In this document: piece after piece, positions 37,966 to 48,563 of the stretch | How the letters are laid out: each line of letters begins with the position of its first letter | How positions within the stretch are numbered: position 1 is the stretch's first letter | Assembly: GCA_965215195.1 (NCBI GenBank) | Contig: CBDCDC010000002.1 | Location: forward strand, 1,024,001-1,088,000 | DNA: 64,000 nt | Direction: 5' to 3' | From: Candidatus Latescibacterota bacterium | GTDB lineage: Bacteria; Latescibacterota; UBA2968; UBA8231 | Notes under the pieces: model-generated | Told to the model about the DNA's origin: nothing | Databases searched by the model: none | What the model saw: only the letters and a program-made list of their open reading frames with translations | Program-made: the position numbers and the translations under genes

Positions 37966-38226
37966 CTATTGAAGAGGAGATATCCTTCTAGGGGGCCTGT
38001 CGTTTCGTGCTGCATCCCAATTGTCCATTAACTCCGGCTGATGTTGAGACGCCCACTCCACGACCAAACCTAGCACCCGAGGAGGCAGTTTTCCCTCCAA
38101 AACCCGCAGCGATGGAATCTCAATGGCTGCTCGGTTTCCCCCGTAGCGCGCATGGAAATGCGGTGGGTTGTGATCATCATAATACATCGAAATGACGATG
38201 CCATAGAAACGGGAAATCTCAGGCAT
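37966..38226 (-). CDS. DUF4160 family protein (putative toxin)
   Basis: MPEISRFYGIVISMYYDDHNPPHFHARY. Confidence 0.9.
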   Translation of the reverse strand: MPEISRFYGIVISMYYDDHNPPHFHARYGGNRAAIEIPSLRVLEGKLPPRVLGLVVEWASQHQPELMDNWDAARNDRPPRRISPLQ

Positions 38227-38240
38227 CTCCTATGCTCCTA

Positions 38241-39376
38241 TAGCAGTCCTAAATCATTTAAGATCTACTGTATATTGCATCAATTTTGGAAAATGGAAGT
38301 ATTTTTTCTGTCGAATGCCCTTTACGAACAGGTCTTTAATCTGCTCAAAACAGGTCGTCGCCAGCGCATGGGTACGAACAAAGGTCTTGCCTTGTAACCA
38401 GATGTCCTCGACCGGATTTTCTTGCGGGGTATACGGAGCCAATCGCGTGCAGTCTATCTTCCACTCGTTCGGCGGTAGCGAGGCTTGGATCGTTTGTAGA
38501 AAATCGCGCATGATATGTTGATGATGATAGGAAGCACCATCCCAAAAAATCAACACCTTTTGACCCGGCCGCCGTTGTTGTAGATAGCGTAGGAAATCGA
38601 CCGTATGCTGCGAATGGGCCTTGGGATAGCTTTGCATGAGGAAAGTACCCTTGACCACATCCAAGGCCCCATAATAGGTTTGGCGTTGGCGTCCCTTTTC
38701 AATAGCCACCTCAAGGCGTTGGTCTCGACGGCCCCAACCATAGCCACACGCATCAGCCCAACACAGGTGCGACTCATCGATGAAAAAGGCACTGACTTGA
38801 CCCGCTTCGATCTCGGCTTTATGCGCCGTTCGTTTTTTTTTATTTCTTCTCGTTGGTCTCGCCCCTGTTGGGGATCGGCTTGGGCTGTCGAGCCTGCGTC
38901 TTTTTCCAGCGATAGCCCGCCTGAGAAAGAATCGCGTAATAACTTTGCGACGATTTGAAGACCACGCCAAACTGCGTTTGGATATAGGCGGCTAACGAGG
39001 CGACCGAAGGCTGCGATTGGGGCGCTAACCACGCATGGATTTGCGCCCGTTGATCGGCCGACAAATACGGCTGCGAGCCTTTATAGCCTAAGCGAAAGCA
39101 GGCAACCCCCTCGGATAGGTAGCGCTTCTTCCACGTACTGATGAAGCTCGACTGCACCCCGAGAATCGCTTGTATCGCACCTTGTTTGATGCCCAACAGC
39201 GTCATCTGAACCGCTAACGCTCGTTTCAGTTCCCGGGCGTCGGGATTGCGCGCGATAAACGCAGATAAAGACGTATCCGAAACCATAGACAACCTCCAAA
39301 AAAAGACGAAGCATAGGAAAACGTAGAATGAAAATAGAAAAAACCATGAAACCTCTCAAGTCGTTTAGGACTGCTA
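38241..39376 (-). mobile_element. IS630-family insertion sequence with frameshifted transposase
   Basis: 13-bp TIRs TAGCAGTCCTAAA / TTTAGGACTGCTA, each flanked by TA; HTH ORF 38840..39292; DDE ORF with IDESH, WDGASYH, PQENPVEDIW. Confidence 0.92.
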
Positions 39377-40133
39377 TATAATATGAACCGGTACGGTATT
39401 AGACCCCTCATATAAGTGGACATGTTCATAGACGCATGTGGTGTTTGGGGCCTGGCCGCGGGTGATGCACGCTAAGGATCGAACGGTGCCGTCGGCTCGT
39501 TGTATCGTGTAGTTGGCGCGCACCCGAATGACGAAGTCGACCTGCTGTTTCTGTAGATGGCGTAGCCAAGCGCCGCCGATAAACTCCCGGTCGGCCAACA
39601 GGCAACAGCGCCCCGCCGGCAGATAGGCTAACGCTCGGTTCAATAGGTTGATTTGATCGGACATAGCGGCGTTGCCCGCCCGCCCCAACGCCACCGATTC
39701 AATCGGGATCGAGACCCGTTGGTGAACCACCCCTAAGCACAACAGATTGTGATGGGTTTGGCCGTACTGCCAGTGGGTGCGATCCAACGTCAGCAAGACC
39801 GGCGTACCCGGCTTGACCACCTGGTGCATGATCCGTTGGGTGCCTACCTGCGGCGACCACCTGCCGCTGAGAAACCGCTGCAAACGGCGATAACAACTGG
39901 CAGGGGTCGCCGACCCCCAAACGGCGGCAGCCACCTGCTTCATATTGACCGAACGGGTCTGTATTAACGCCCACAGCAGACGAGGCAACAGGTCGGCTTG
40001 ATAGCGCGTCATCGAGCAAGCTCCTTGACGTAGTGCTCGTTTTAACGTATGAAATACGCTCACAGTGCAGCTCCAAACGGTTAGGAGGAGGGTTGATGGA
40101 CACAACCAATAAACCTAACCGGGGGCTGCACTG
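39377..40133 (-). mobile_element. IS4-family element fragment, transposase truncated by the IS630
   Basis: LTLDRTHW, LLADREFIG, FVIRVR; the ORF ends at the IS630 TIR; outer boundary approximate. Confidence 0.8.
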
Positions 40134-40137
40134 CAAT

Positions 40138-40596
40138 TTATTTGGTGTCGTGTAGTAAGCTGTGTCTCTGACAAAGCTGCCGCAAATGCTCTTCCAAAAC
40201 GCTGCCGGCCATAACCGCAGCGGGATCCTTATATCCCTCTTCAAGCAAATGCTGCGCCATTTCGAGAAAGTCAGAGAAGATCTCAGCGGAAACTAGTCCC
40301 TTGGTTGTAGTAAGCCAACCACCTGCCAATTCTTCCCGCGCAGCCGATAAGATGCCACGTCCTATCCGTGTGCAGTATGAATACGATTGATAGACCTTTG
40401 AATTGAATTCATCATAGTGAGTACGATCCTTGCCAAAAGTCATGGCGAGGAACGAAAGAGAGGCCGATCGAAAGGAGTAAAACAGCTCTATATCGACATC
40501 GGCGGAAAGCTCCTCTACCTCTTCGTCGGTCTGAATGACCTCGTCGGCATTTTGGATGAGTTGATCTATTCGTTGAATTAGGTCCTCAAGATTCAT
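40138..40596 (-). pseudogene. Truncated DUF4145/HEPN-like protein
   Basis: FLEMAQHLLEEGYKDPAAVMAGSVLEEHLRQLC then stops beside the IS4 fragment; no RxxxxH motif. Confidence 0.6.
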
Positions 40597-41726
40597 TACG
40601 ATTCTCCCCTCTTGCTAATCTGACTTTACTTGTGCTGCCGGCAAAGAGCCTTTGAATCAACCCTCTCTTGATCTGTCGAAGGGTGGTAAGTTTCGTTTGG
40701 AGCAATTCGACGCGGCGGTCAAGACAACACAAGGACGGCAGCAACCCGTTGCTGTTCCTCGACCTGTTGAGGAACTTGCAACTCAAGCCGAACGAACTCA
40801 CTCTTGGATACTTCTGGGAAAGTACTTCCGCTCGTGAGTCGCTCCAGCACATGCCGTTGCTCAACCAACGAGTAGTAAATGAACTCTGGACAGATACTTG
40901 CTCCGAAAACAAGGCTCTTGAATCCCTGATTTGTCGCAAGTAGGACGCCAGCGATCGCGCACTCGCCTACAGACGTGCGAGTGCATACGATCAGAGCACC
41001 TGACGGAACAAGCGTCGTGCTAGAGGCTTTCGACCCTTCATCCGTAATGGTCCTTTCAGTTGACCGAATAACCGGACTGCTGTTTGGTATATCCGATAGA
41101 GTGCACCACATGTGTTTCCTTCCCCAATATTTTGCACACCGAGTATCGGGAGTTCCACCAGACACAATGTCCCATACTTCCTAGTGAACGACGTATCCAC
41201 GGTTCCCTGAAATCCGAAAACCGGTGTTCACCTGAGATCAGTCGTTGCGCGATTCCTTTCTTGAGCCTTCGCTTCGCGACTATGAGATCTTCAGTTCGCG
41301 CAATTGCTTGGTCGGCTGATGCGAGAATGGCAGCAATTCTCAGTTGCTCTTCGTGCTTGGGCACCTTTAACGATAGGCCGTTCATAGCATTGAGTCCCAG
41401 ACCAAATCGAGTAACACCATTTGCCATGTGGCTAAACTCATAACGGCTCTCGAGAATACGAAGAAGCTGGGCAAGAAAGGGACCATGTATCTTTTTCGGG
41501 CGCAGAATAGCCAAGTGCTACCCACAGATTACACACGGCAGACCCTCCACAACAAGCACTGGGTTTCAGAATCCTTCGCAATTATGATGTCCCATTTCTT
41601 CAGAGAATATCTTTCAATCTCAGCGTCACTAGCTGTTGCAGCCATAAAGTCAAGATCAGAAGATATCTCGTCGTTGTAATAGGTTTCTTCAATCTCGCGA
41701 AAAATGCGAAGCATATTGGCTTTCAA
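40586..41726 (-). pseudogene. hsdS: Type I restriction-modification specificity subunit, multiply frameshifted
   Basis: Successive frames give IIAKDSET; GVTRFGL..VPKHEEQLRIAAIL..KKGIAQRL; SGGTP..TNQGFKSL..SGSTFPEVS..EEQQRVAAVL; and IKRGLIQRLF. Confidence 0.88.
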
Positions 41727-41932
41727 TTTACTCTTTGAAGATAGAAGGCATTATTTCTTCTTTTTTATTTATGACTACAGTTATGACTATGGTCATAAAA
41801 TGCGTACAGTTTTTTGTTGTCGAGATCATGGGCGGAAGCAGGAGGTGAGGCGCAGGAAGGACACGGACGGGACGCCGGCGGTCTAAGGATCGCGTTAGAG
41901 CCTCTAAGCATGACAATCGCTTCGCGAAAGGG

Positions 41933-44900
41933 CTAGCGCACCAACACCATCCGCCGCACCAAGTCCCCCTTCGGCGTGGCCAAGCGCGCGATATAGACCC
42001 CACTCGCCAGATCGGCTCCGTCAAACCGCACCGCGTGGCTTCCAGCGTTCAGCACCTCGTTGACCGCGACGGCCACCCGCTGCCCTAAGAGATCGAAAAC
42101 CTCCAACCGCACCGCCATGCGCCCGGGGAGCACAAAGCGGATCTGAGCTGTCGGGTTAAAGGGATTGGGATAGGGCGGGTACAGAACGGCCGCACCGGGC
42201 ACCGGCCCTAGGCGCGGCTCAGCCATCTTTGCAGGGCCCGCAGGACGGGACACCCCCGGCCCCGCAAAGTCAATCCAATTGATATTGAACAAGCCGTCGT
42301 CACCCGGATTGCGCCGAAAGATGAAAAACAACTCGTGGGTGCCGCCCGGGTCCGCAATGGGTGCCGCCAAGTCGGCATAGACCTGCCAGTCGCCCGTACT
42401 GCCCACGCGCACCGTGCTGATCGGAGGCCCCCTCAGCGAATCAACGCGCACTTCGATGCGCCCCCCCAGCCCGGCCGAAGCCACCCGATAGTTGAGCGAC
42501 TCAATGCCCTGTAGATTCATCGGCGCAAAGGAAATCCAGTCGCCGTGGGCGATAAAGCCGATATTCTGCCCGCCGCCGGCCTCGTCTTGGGTCGTTTCTA
42601 ATAGTACTCCGCTCTGCTGCGTATAGTGCTCGGCTTGCTTGCGCTTGGGTTGCAGAATGTGGCCCGCCCTAGCGGTCAAAGGAGCCACTGACTCCGCGCC
42701 TCGGTCTGTATAGCGCGCCTCGATGGTATAAAACAAATCGTCGCCATCGCTGCCGTGCCCTGCCTCAGTCTGGAAGCTACCCCTGCAATCGCCGTATTCC
42801 TCAAGAGGGTGGCTGTGCTCGTCGTGGCCGATAAACGCTTGCAATATCACCGAGGCGCAGGCGGCGGTCCCGTCCTCCTCGTCAAAGGCCCGGATTTCAA
42901 AATCGACGACTTCTCCCCAGCTAAAAAAACCGCCGTCCGGGGGCCGCACGATTTCCACCTCGGGAACGGTATTGCCGACCGCGATAGGCACTTGGGCCAC
43001 GCCTTGATTGCCCTCGGCGTCCGAGACCGTTAGCTGGGCAATGTAGTCGCCGCTGACCTCGTAGGTGAAGACGACCTCGGGCCCGGTCGCGTCAATCTCG
43101 CCATCGCCGGTAAAATCCCAGGCGTAGTCTAGCACCGACCCCGGATCGGGATCAGAGGAACCGCGTCCCGAGAAATGCACTTCCAACGGCGCAGCACCGT
43201 TCGTGGGCGCAGCGTCAATGCGGGGCAGCGGCATCTGCGCACCGCGCACGTAGTCGATCCGCACCACTCGGGCGTCGTCGTTGTCGCCCCAGAAGCCGCT
43301 GCCCCATTCCAACACGTACAGGGCGCCATCGGGGCCGAACTGCATGGAGATGGGACGGATGAATTCCATACTGTCCAAAAAGGGATTGATTGTGAGGATG
43401 TTCCCGTCCTCGTCCAGCTTGACTTCTTTGATCCAGTTGCTGGCCCATTCGTACATAAAGAGCGTGCCGTCGTAGTACGCCGGCAGCTTCTTGCTACCGG
43501 CCGCAGCATCGTAGTAATACACCGGGCCGGCCAGCGCCGTGCGGCCGCTGTCGGCGGTGATGGCCGGGAACGAGGGCGAGGTGCCATACGGATACCAGAC
43601 CCACGCCGCCTGCGCCGGGGGCAGCGATTGCCGGCCCGTGTTGTTGGGCGACAGGTTCCTCAGTGCCCGGCAATTGAAGGGCCGGCCGGACCGGCCGGTG
43701 GCAAAATCGTAGGCCACATAGGGCAGGTTGTCGCCAATGCAGTAGGGCCAGCCGAAATTGCCGGCGGCCCGCGCCTGATTCCATTCATCTAGGCCAACTG
43801 GCCCCCGCTGCGGATCGGCTTGGCGGGCGTCGGGGCCAACATCGCCCCAGTAGAGCCAGCCGCTCTTGCGGTCAACCGACAGCCGGAAGGGGTTGCGCAC
43901 GCCCATGACATAGATCTCGGGCCGGCCTTGGCTGGCCGCGGCGAACAAATTGCCCGCGGGAATGCCGTAGCGGCCGTCGGCCTGGGGTTTGATGCGCAGG
44001 ATCTTGCCGCGCAGATCAGCACTGTTGGCTGCCGTGCGCTGGGCATCCCAATCGCGCCGGCCCGGACGCTCGTCCAACGGGCTGAACCCGTCCGCAGCAA
44101 AGGGGTTGGTATTATCGCCGACGCCGATATACAGGCTGCCGTCCGGGCCAAATGCCAGTGCCCCACCCGAGTGGCAGCACGTGCGCCGCTGGGTGGGAAT
44201 TTCCAGCAACACCACTTCGGAATCCACGACCAGTTCATCGCCATTTAACTCAAAGCGGGATACGTGCTGCTTGGCCGCTTGGCCGTGCGGCGAGTAAAAC
44301 AGGTAGAGCCAATTATTGCGGACAAAATCGGGATCTAAGGCGATGCCCAGCAGGCCGTCCTCAAAGTCGGTCGATACCGCTAGCTGCCCAACCAAGCGGG
44401 TCAATCCCAAATCGGGCCGATAGACCTTTAGCTCCCCCTTGCGCTCGATGAAGAACACGCGCCCGTCGTCGGCCACGGCCAAGTCAATGGGATTTTCGGC
44501 CTCGCTGTCGAGGACGACTTTTGCAAAATTGGCATCCAGCGTGGCCCCGCAATCGGCCGCGCTTACTCCTGAAGCGTACTCAATGCCGCCGAGGATATGC
44601 TGTAGAAACAGGGGCTCGCCGTAGCTTGCGCGGGTGTGACCTCCGCCGGTGTACCAAGATCGGCCCCCGTCGTAGGAGTGGCACCAAGCGATGGGGTGGT
44701 CAAAGCCGTGATTGCCGCCGTCGTAGGTGCTTTCGTCCAAAGTGGCCAAGACGTGGACGCGCCCGCGGGGATTGCGGCGGTAATTGTACCACTCGTCGCG
44801 CCGCTGCCAACGGGCGGACAAATGGTCCGTGGCCGGATGAACCCGGTCGGCCACCTGGATCTGGGCTTGCTGGATGGCCGGATGGCTGTCGAAATAGGCC

Positions 44901-45295
44901 CCCACCAAGTCGCCGTACCAAGCCCAGTCGTACTCGGTATCGGCCGCAGAGTGGATGCCCACAAAACCGCGGCCGCGGCGAATGTAGCGTTCAAAAGCCC
45001 GCTCTTGGTCTGCGGCCAGTACATCGCCGGTCGTGTTGAGGAAAATTACCGCCCGGTACGGTGCCAAGCCCTCGTCGGTGAAGCGACCCGCGTCTTCAGT
45101 GGCCGCAACGGCAAAACCGTTTTCCCGCCCCAAGGCTTGGATGGCGGCAATGCCGTCGGCAATGGAGTCGTGGCGGAAGCCGGCGGTTTTGGTAAAGACC
45201 AAGACGGTTACCTGCGGGTCGTCAAAGGGGCCTGCAAGGGCCGGGCCGCCAAGGACGACGAGCAACAGCGCAAAAGGCCAACGCGTAGTTTTCAA
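41933..45295 (-). CDS. ThuA + glucose/sorbosone (PQQ-type) dehydrogenase + PKD + CBM6 + T9SS type-A-like C-terminal domain
   Basis: VLVFTKTAGFRHDSI, CCHSGG, GVRNPFR, YAWDFTGDG, GDWISF..FNINWIDF, YPNPFNP..LASGVY. Confidence 0.92.
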   Translation of the reverse strand: MKTTRWPFALLLVVLGGPALAGPFDDPQVTVLVFTKTAGFRHDSIADGIAAIQALGRENGFAVAATEDAGRFTDEGLAPYRAVIFLNTTGDVLAADQERAFERYIRRGRGFVGIHSAADTEYDWAWYGDLVGAYFDSHPAIQQAQIQVADRVHPATDHLSARWQRRDEWYNYRRNPRGRVHVLATLDESTYDGGNHGFDHPIAWCHSYDGGRSWYTGGGHTRASYGEPLFLQHILGGIEYASGVSAADCGATLDANFAKVVLDSEAENPIDLAVADDGRVFFIERKGELKVYRPDLGLTRLVGQLAVSTDFEDGLLGIALDPDFVRNNWLYLFYSPHGQAAKQHVSRFELNGDELVVDSEVVLLEIPTQRRTCCHSGGALAFGPDGSLYIGVGDNTNPFAADGFSPLDERPGRRDWDAQRTAANSADLRGKILRIKPQADGRYGIPAGNLFAAASQGRPEIYVMGVRNPFRLSVDRKSGWLYWGDVGPDARQADPQRGPVGLDEWNQARAAGNFGWPYCIGDNLPYVAYDFATGRSGRPFNCRALRNLSPNNTGRQSLPPAQAAWVWYPYGTSPSFPAITADSGRTALAGPVYYYDAAAGSKKLPAYYDGTLFMYEWASNWIKEVKLDEDGNILTINPFLDSMEFIRPISMQFGPDGALYVLEWGSGFWGDNDDARVVRIDYVRGAQMPLPRIDAAPTNGAAPLEVHFSGRGSSDPDPGSVLDYAWDFTGDGEIDATGPEVVFTYEVSGDYIAQLTVSDAEGNQGVAQVPIAVGNTVPEVEIVRPPDGGFFSWGEVVDFEIRAFDEEDGTAACASVILQAFIGHDEHSHPLEEYGDCRGSFQTEAGHGSDGDDLFYTIEARYTDRGAESVAPLTARAGHILQPKRKQAEHYTQQSGVLLETTQDEAGGGQNIGFIAHGDWISFAPMNLQGIESLNYRVASAGLGGRIEVRVDSLRGPPISTVRVGSTGDWQVYADLAAPIADPGGTHELFFIFRRNPGDDGLFNINWIDFAGPGVSRPAGPAKMAEPRLGPVPGAAVLYPPYPNPFNPTAQIRFVLPGRMAVRLEVFDLLGQRVAVAVNEVLNAGSHAVRFDGADLASGVYIARLATPKGDLVRRMVLVR

Positions 45296-47250
45296 AACAT
45301 CCGAATCCTATTCCCGGTCATGCCCGTAAACCCATCGACGATCATCCAGAACCCCCCGGCCACGAACTGCCCCAGCACCATGCCGAGGAAAAACCACCGC
45401 GTCGCCTTGTACCCATTCGGGCCGGTGTACTTCAGCACGAGGGCCTTGACCAGCCACGCGAGGAAGATGCTGAACCAGACGCTGTTGAGGATCCAGGTGC
45501 CGCTGGCCAGATAGCCCAGCGGGTGGAAGGGCCACCACAAAAGGTGGTGCCGCGCCCAGATCAACAGGGCCATGATCGCCGCGCCGACCCCGTTCCACAG
45601 CCAGCCATCCCAATTGGGGCCGGTCGGATTGAGTGCGAAGTTTTGCGCGACGCGAAACGGCTCCTTGGCAAACCACGCCCACGAGCCGTGATAGTTGTTC
45701 GCGCCGTAGTGGTAGCTCAGCACGAGGATCGTGCAAACCCCGCCCACGAGGCCAATGGCCATGGCCAGCCCGATCATCGCGAGGATGCGGCGCTTGTACC
45801 GGCTCAGGCCGTGCAACATGCGAATGCCGTTGGCGCAGGGGGCCATCATAAAGACCAGCAGATCGCCGGCCCAAGCGAGGGTCATGCCCGTGGCCAGCAC
45901 CCCGGCCACCCCTAAGGACGAGGAGCCTACGCTAGAGATGAGAAAGCCGCAACCCGACATGCCCTGTACGGCCGCGGCCAAACCGGCTTCGACGATCATC
46001 CGCGTCAGGGCCAGAAAGATGACAAACGCCCCGAACAAATAGACGCAGACCGCCCACAGCGGCATCCCGGAGCGCCACAGCCACAGCGCCATGACGGCTA
46101 AACCCAGCGCAACCCCGAGGACGGCCGTGCGGTACGACATCAACTCCTCGCCATCGGACCGCCCTTCCCGCCGCCACAGGTGCTGCACCACGTGCCACAC
46201 GTGGACGCGCGCCGTCCACAGCCCCAAAAGCACCATGACGATCATCGCGCCCATGGTCTGGTGGCTCAACAGGCCCATGGTCGGCCCCTCAAAGGTGTGG
46301 CTGAAGATGTCGAGGTTCTCGGTGCTCAAAATGCCGACGCGGGTGAAGAGCACCTCCTCGGCTTTGACCAACAAGTAGAAAAACCACAGGCTGAAGGTGA
46401 TGTTGGCGTTGACCAGATAGGCCAGTCCCATCCACATGCAGTCGAAGCGCAGGTAAAACCGCACGGCGTCATGGGCCAGCGGCAGCGAGTACGCAAAGTT
46501 GAGGCGGCCGATGAATTCGTAGTAGTGGCTCAAGGCATTGACTCCGTGCAGGACAAACGGCACGGCTAGCCCCAGCCACATCGCGGGATTCTTGAGGAAG
46601 GGCTTGACCCGCGCCGGCGTGGCCGCGTCTTCGACCATGCCCAGCGGCACCTGTGTCAGCGGGTAGAGCAGCCGCTCGTGGTCCATCCACTGCCGCCGCA
46701 AGATGACCATCGCGCATACGACCACCACGTAGAACGCAGCCATGAACAGGAGCCACCACAAAAGCGGCTCCAGCCAAACGCCCCAAGGAATGGCCGCGCC
46801 CGCTGGCAGGCCCTCGTAAAAGCCCTGAATGGCCTCGGCGTCGTAGGGAATGAGCCAAGTGGGGACGTGCGGGAGGAGCAGGTCCTCCCAGTTGTTTGCC
46901 GGGCTGGCAAAGTAGAAGATGCCGGTCAGAATCGGCACGGCAATGCTGACAAAACCCCGCGCGGCAATGGCCGTGGTAATCATCATCATCACCGCAATGC
47001 TCAACAACTCGGCGCGGCTGAAAAGCCAGTCTTGCCGCACTAGGCCGAGCAGCGGCTGCACGAGGGCCACGAGCAAAAAGAGCAAGAAAAAGGCGGCCGG
47101 CGTCGATGAATTCAGCCCGAGCTGGGTGCCGTTGAGGACGAACTCCCCGTACGGCAGGCCCACGGCAATTGCGCCGCACAGCACGGCCCCCACGAGCACG
47201 GCGCGCAGGCTGATTCCGGCGCGGTGCGCGGATTTTTTAGCGGCATCCAC
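45292..47250 (-). CDS. DUF6785/DUF6784-like polytopic membrane protein (putative transporter)
   Basis: Many TM segments; RRQWMDHERLLYPL, WWPFHPLGY, FFLGMVLG. Confidence 0.8.
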   Translation of the reverse strand: MDAAKKSAHRAGISLRAVLVGAVLCGAIAVGLPYGEFVLNGTQLGLNSSTPAAFFLLFLLVALVQPLLGLVRQDWLFSRAELLSIAVMMMITTAIAARGFVSIAVPILTGIFYFASPANNWEDLLLPHVPTWLIPYDAEAIQGFYEGLPAGAAIPWGVWLEPLLWWLLFMAAFYVVVVCAMVILRRQWMDHERLLYPLTQVPLGMVEDAATPARVKPFLKNPAMWLGLAVPFVLHGVNALSHYYEFIGRLNFAYSLPLAHDAVRFYLRFDCMWMGLAYLVNANITFSLWFFYLLVKAEEVLFTRVGILSTENLDIFSHTFEGPTMGLLSHQTMGAMIVMVLLGLWTARVHVWHVVQHLWRREGRSDGEELMSYRTAVLGVALGLAVMALWLWRSGMPLWAVCVYLFGAFVIFLALTRMIVEAGLAAAVQGMSGCGFLISSVGSSSLGVAGVLATGMTLAWAGDLLVFMMAPCANGIRMLHGLSRYKRRILAMIGLAMAIGLVGGVCTILVLSYHYGANNYHGSWAWFAKEPFRVAQNFALNPTGPNWDGWLWNGVGAAIMALLIWARHHLLWWPFHPLGYLASGTWILNSVWFSIFLAWLVKALVLKYTGPNGYKATRWFFLGMVLGQFVAGGFWMIVDGFTGMTGNRIRMF

Positions 47251-47452
47251 TGGCCAAATTCCTCGCCAAATTTTCGGCTTTTAACTGCCGTTTAAGTATG
47301 TCTCTTGGCCGTCACCGTGTCCACTTAGGCCGCAAAATTGCGATCATTTTTTGGTTTGTGTCGCATAGTTGGCGATTGTATATCTAGTGCCGCTCTATTA
47401 GCTAGCTTGCAAAGGTTGCAAGTTCGCTCAAACCAACGAAAGGAGAGCACGC

Positions 47453-48379
47453 ATGAAGCTACTGATCGCCTGCGGCTTTGGCCTAGCCTTAATCGGGGCG
47501 GCAAACGCCCAGTTCAACGATCCGCCGGCCCTCGAAAATCGCAACGGTCGGCTCGGCTTTGAGTTTTACATGCTCGAAGTCCCCGATCCCAGCGCCATGA
47601 CGGCCGATGCCGACGCCAGCGACTGGGGTTGGTTCGATCCCGAGTACACCCTCACCATGGATGAGTGGCGCGACGAAGCGGATCGTCCCCTGCCCGAGCG
47701 CGACGACTACAACGTCACCACCTTCATGGGCTGGAAGGGCGGCGATGTCAACCGCTGGTACGTGCATATGGAAATTGTCGACGACATCCTCTGCCACTGG
47801 GGCACCAACGTCGAGCAATGGCACGCCGACATGATCGAGTTTTCCCTCGATCCGACGGATCACGGCCGCGAATTCGGCACTGGTTGGGTCATGGAATACA
47901 TCGCCCGTCCGGGCGACATGGTGCCGCCGCAGAACGTGCGCTATCGCTGGACCGGGCCGGACGGATGGCTGGAAAACAACGAGGTCATTGAGTTCGCCGT
48001 CCGCGTCGATCCGCCCGAAGCCTGGGCCGCTGAAGTGTGGACCGCCGGCGGAACCACGTATTACGAGTGGAACTACGAGGTCAAGAGGTTTATGGAAGAC
48101 GGCGGGCCGTCGGCCAGCGAGACCTTCCAGTTGGACTCCGTCGCCGGGGAAGACGGCGCGGGCCTAGCCTTCAACCTGTGGGCTGAGGACAGCGAGCCAA
48201 CAGAGGAAGATGGCGACCGCGCCTCTTCGGTGGTCAACGACATGACCACGCGCGGCCCCGAAGCCTCGGCGCGGCAGTACTACGCTCATGCTGCCCTGCT
48301 GCGCATCGGCGAGTACGCCGCCCAAACGGCCGTGGAAGAGTCAACTTGGGCGCAGATCAAGGATTCCTTTCACCGCTAA
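47453..48379 (+). CDS. Acidic secreted protein, possibly CBM9/DOMON-like, with C-terminal TAVEESTWAQIK motif
   Basis: AGGAG RBS, signal peptide, DADASDW, terminal TW..IK motif. Confidence 0.7.
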   Translation: MKLLIACGFGLALIGAANAQFNDPPALENRNGRLGFEFYMLEVPDPSAMTADADASDWGWFDPEYTLTMDEWRDEADRPLPERDDYNVTTFMGWKGGDVNRWYVHMEIVDDILCHWGTNVEQWHADMIEFSLDPTDHGREFGTGWVMEYIARPGDMVPPQNVRYRWTGPDGWLENNEVIEFAVRVDPPEAWAAEVWTAGGTTYYEWNYEVKRFMEDGGPSASETFQLDSVAGEDGAGLAFNLWAEDSEPTEEDGDRASSVVNDMTTRGPEASARQYYAHAALLRIGEYAAQTAVEESTWAQIKDSFHR

Positions 48380-48563
48380 ACCCCGCGGAGCGGCTTCGCG
48401 GCCAAACGCCGTCGCGGAGCCGCTCCACACCACACACCCAGCGCAATTCCCCTTACAGGCGCGAATTAGCACTGGGCATCCTGTCCACTGACGACGCCGT
48501 AGGGCCTCTTCCCTATGTCGTGGACCGGAGCGGAACTTCTGCCCGTCTTAGAGAGATCGTCCA

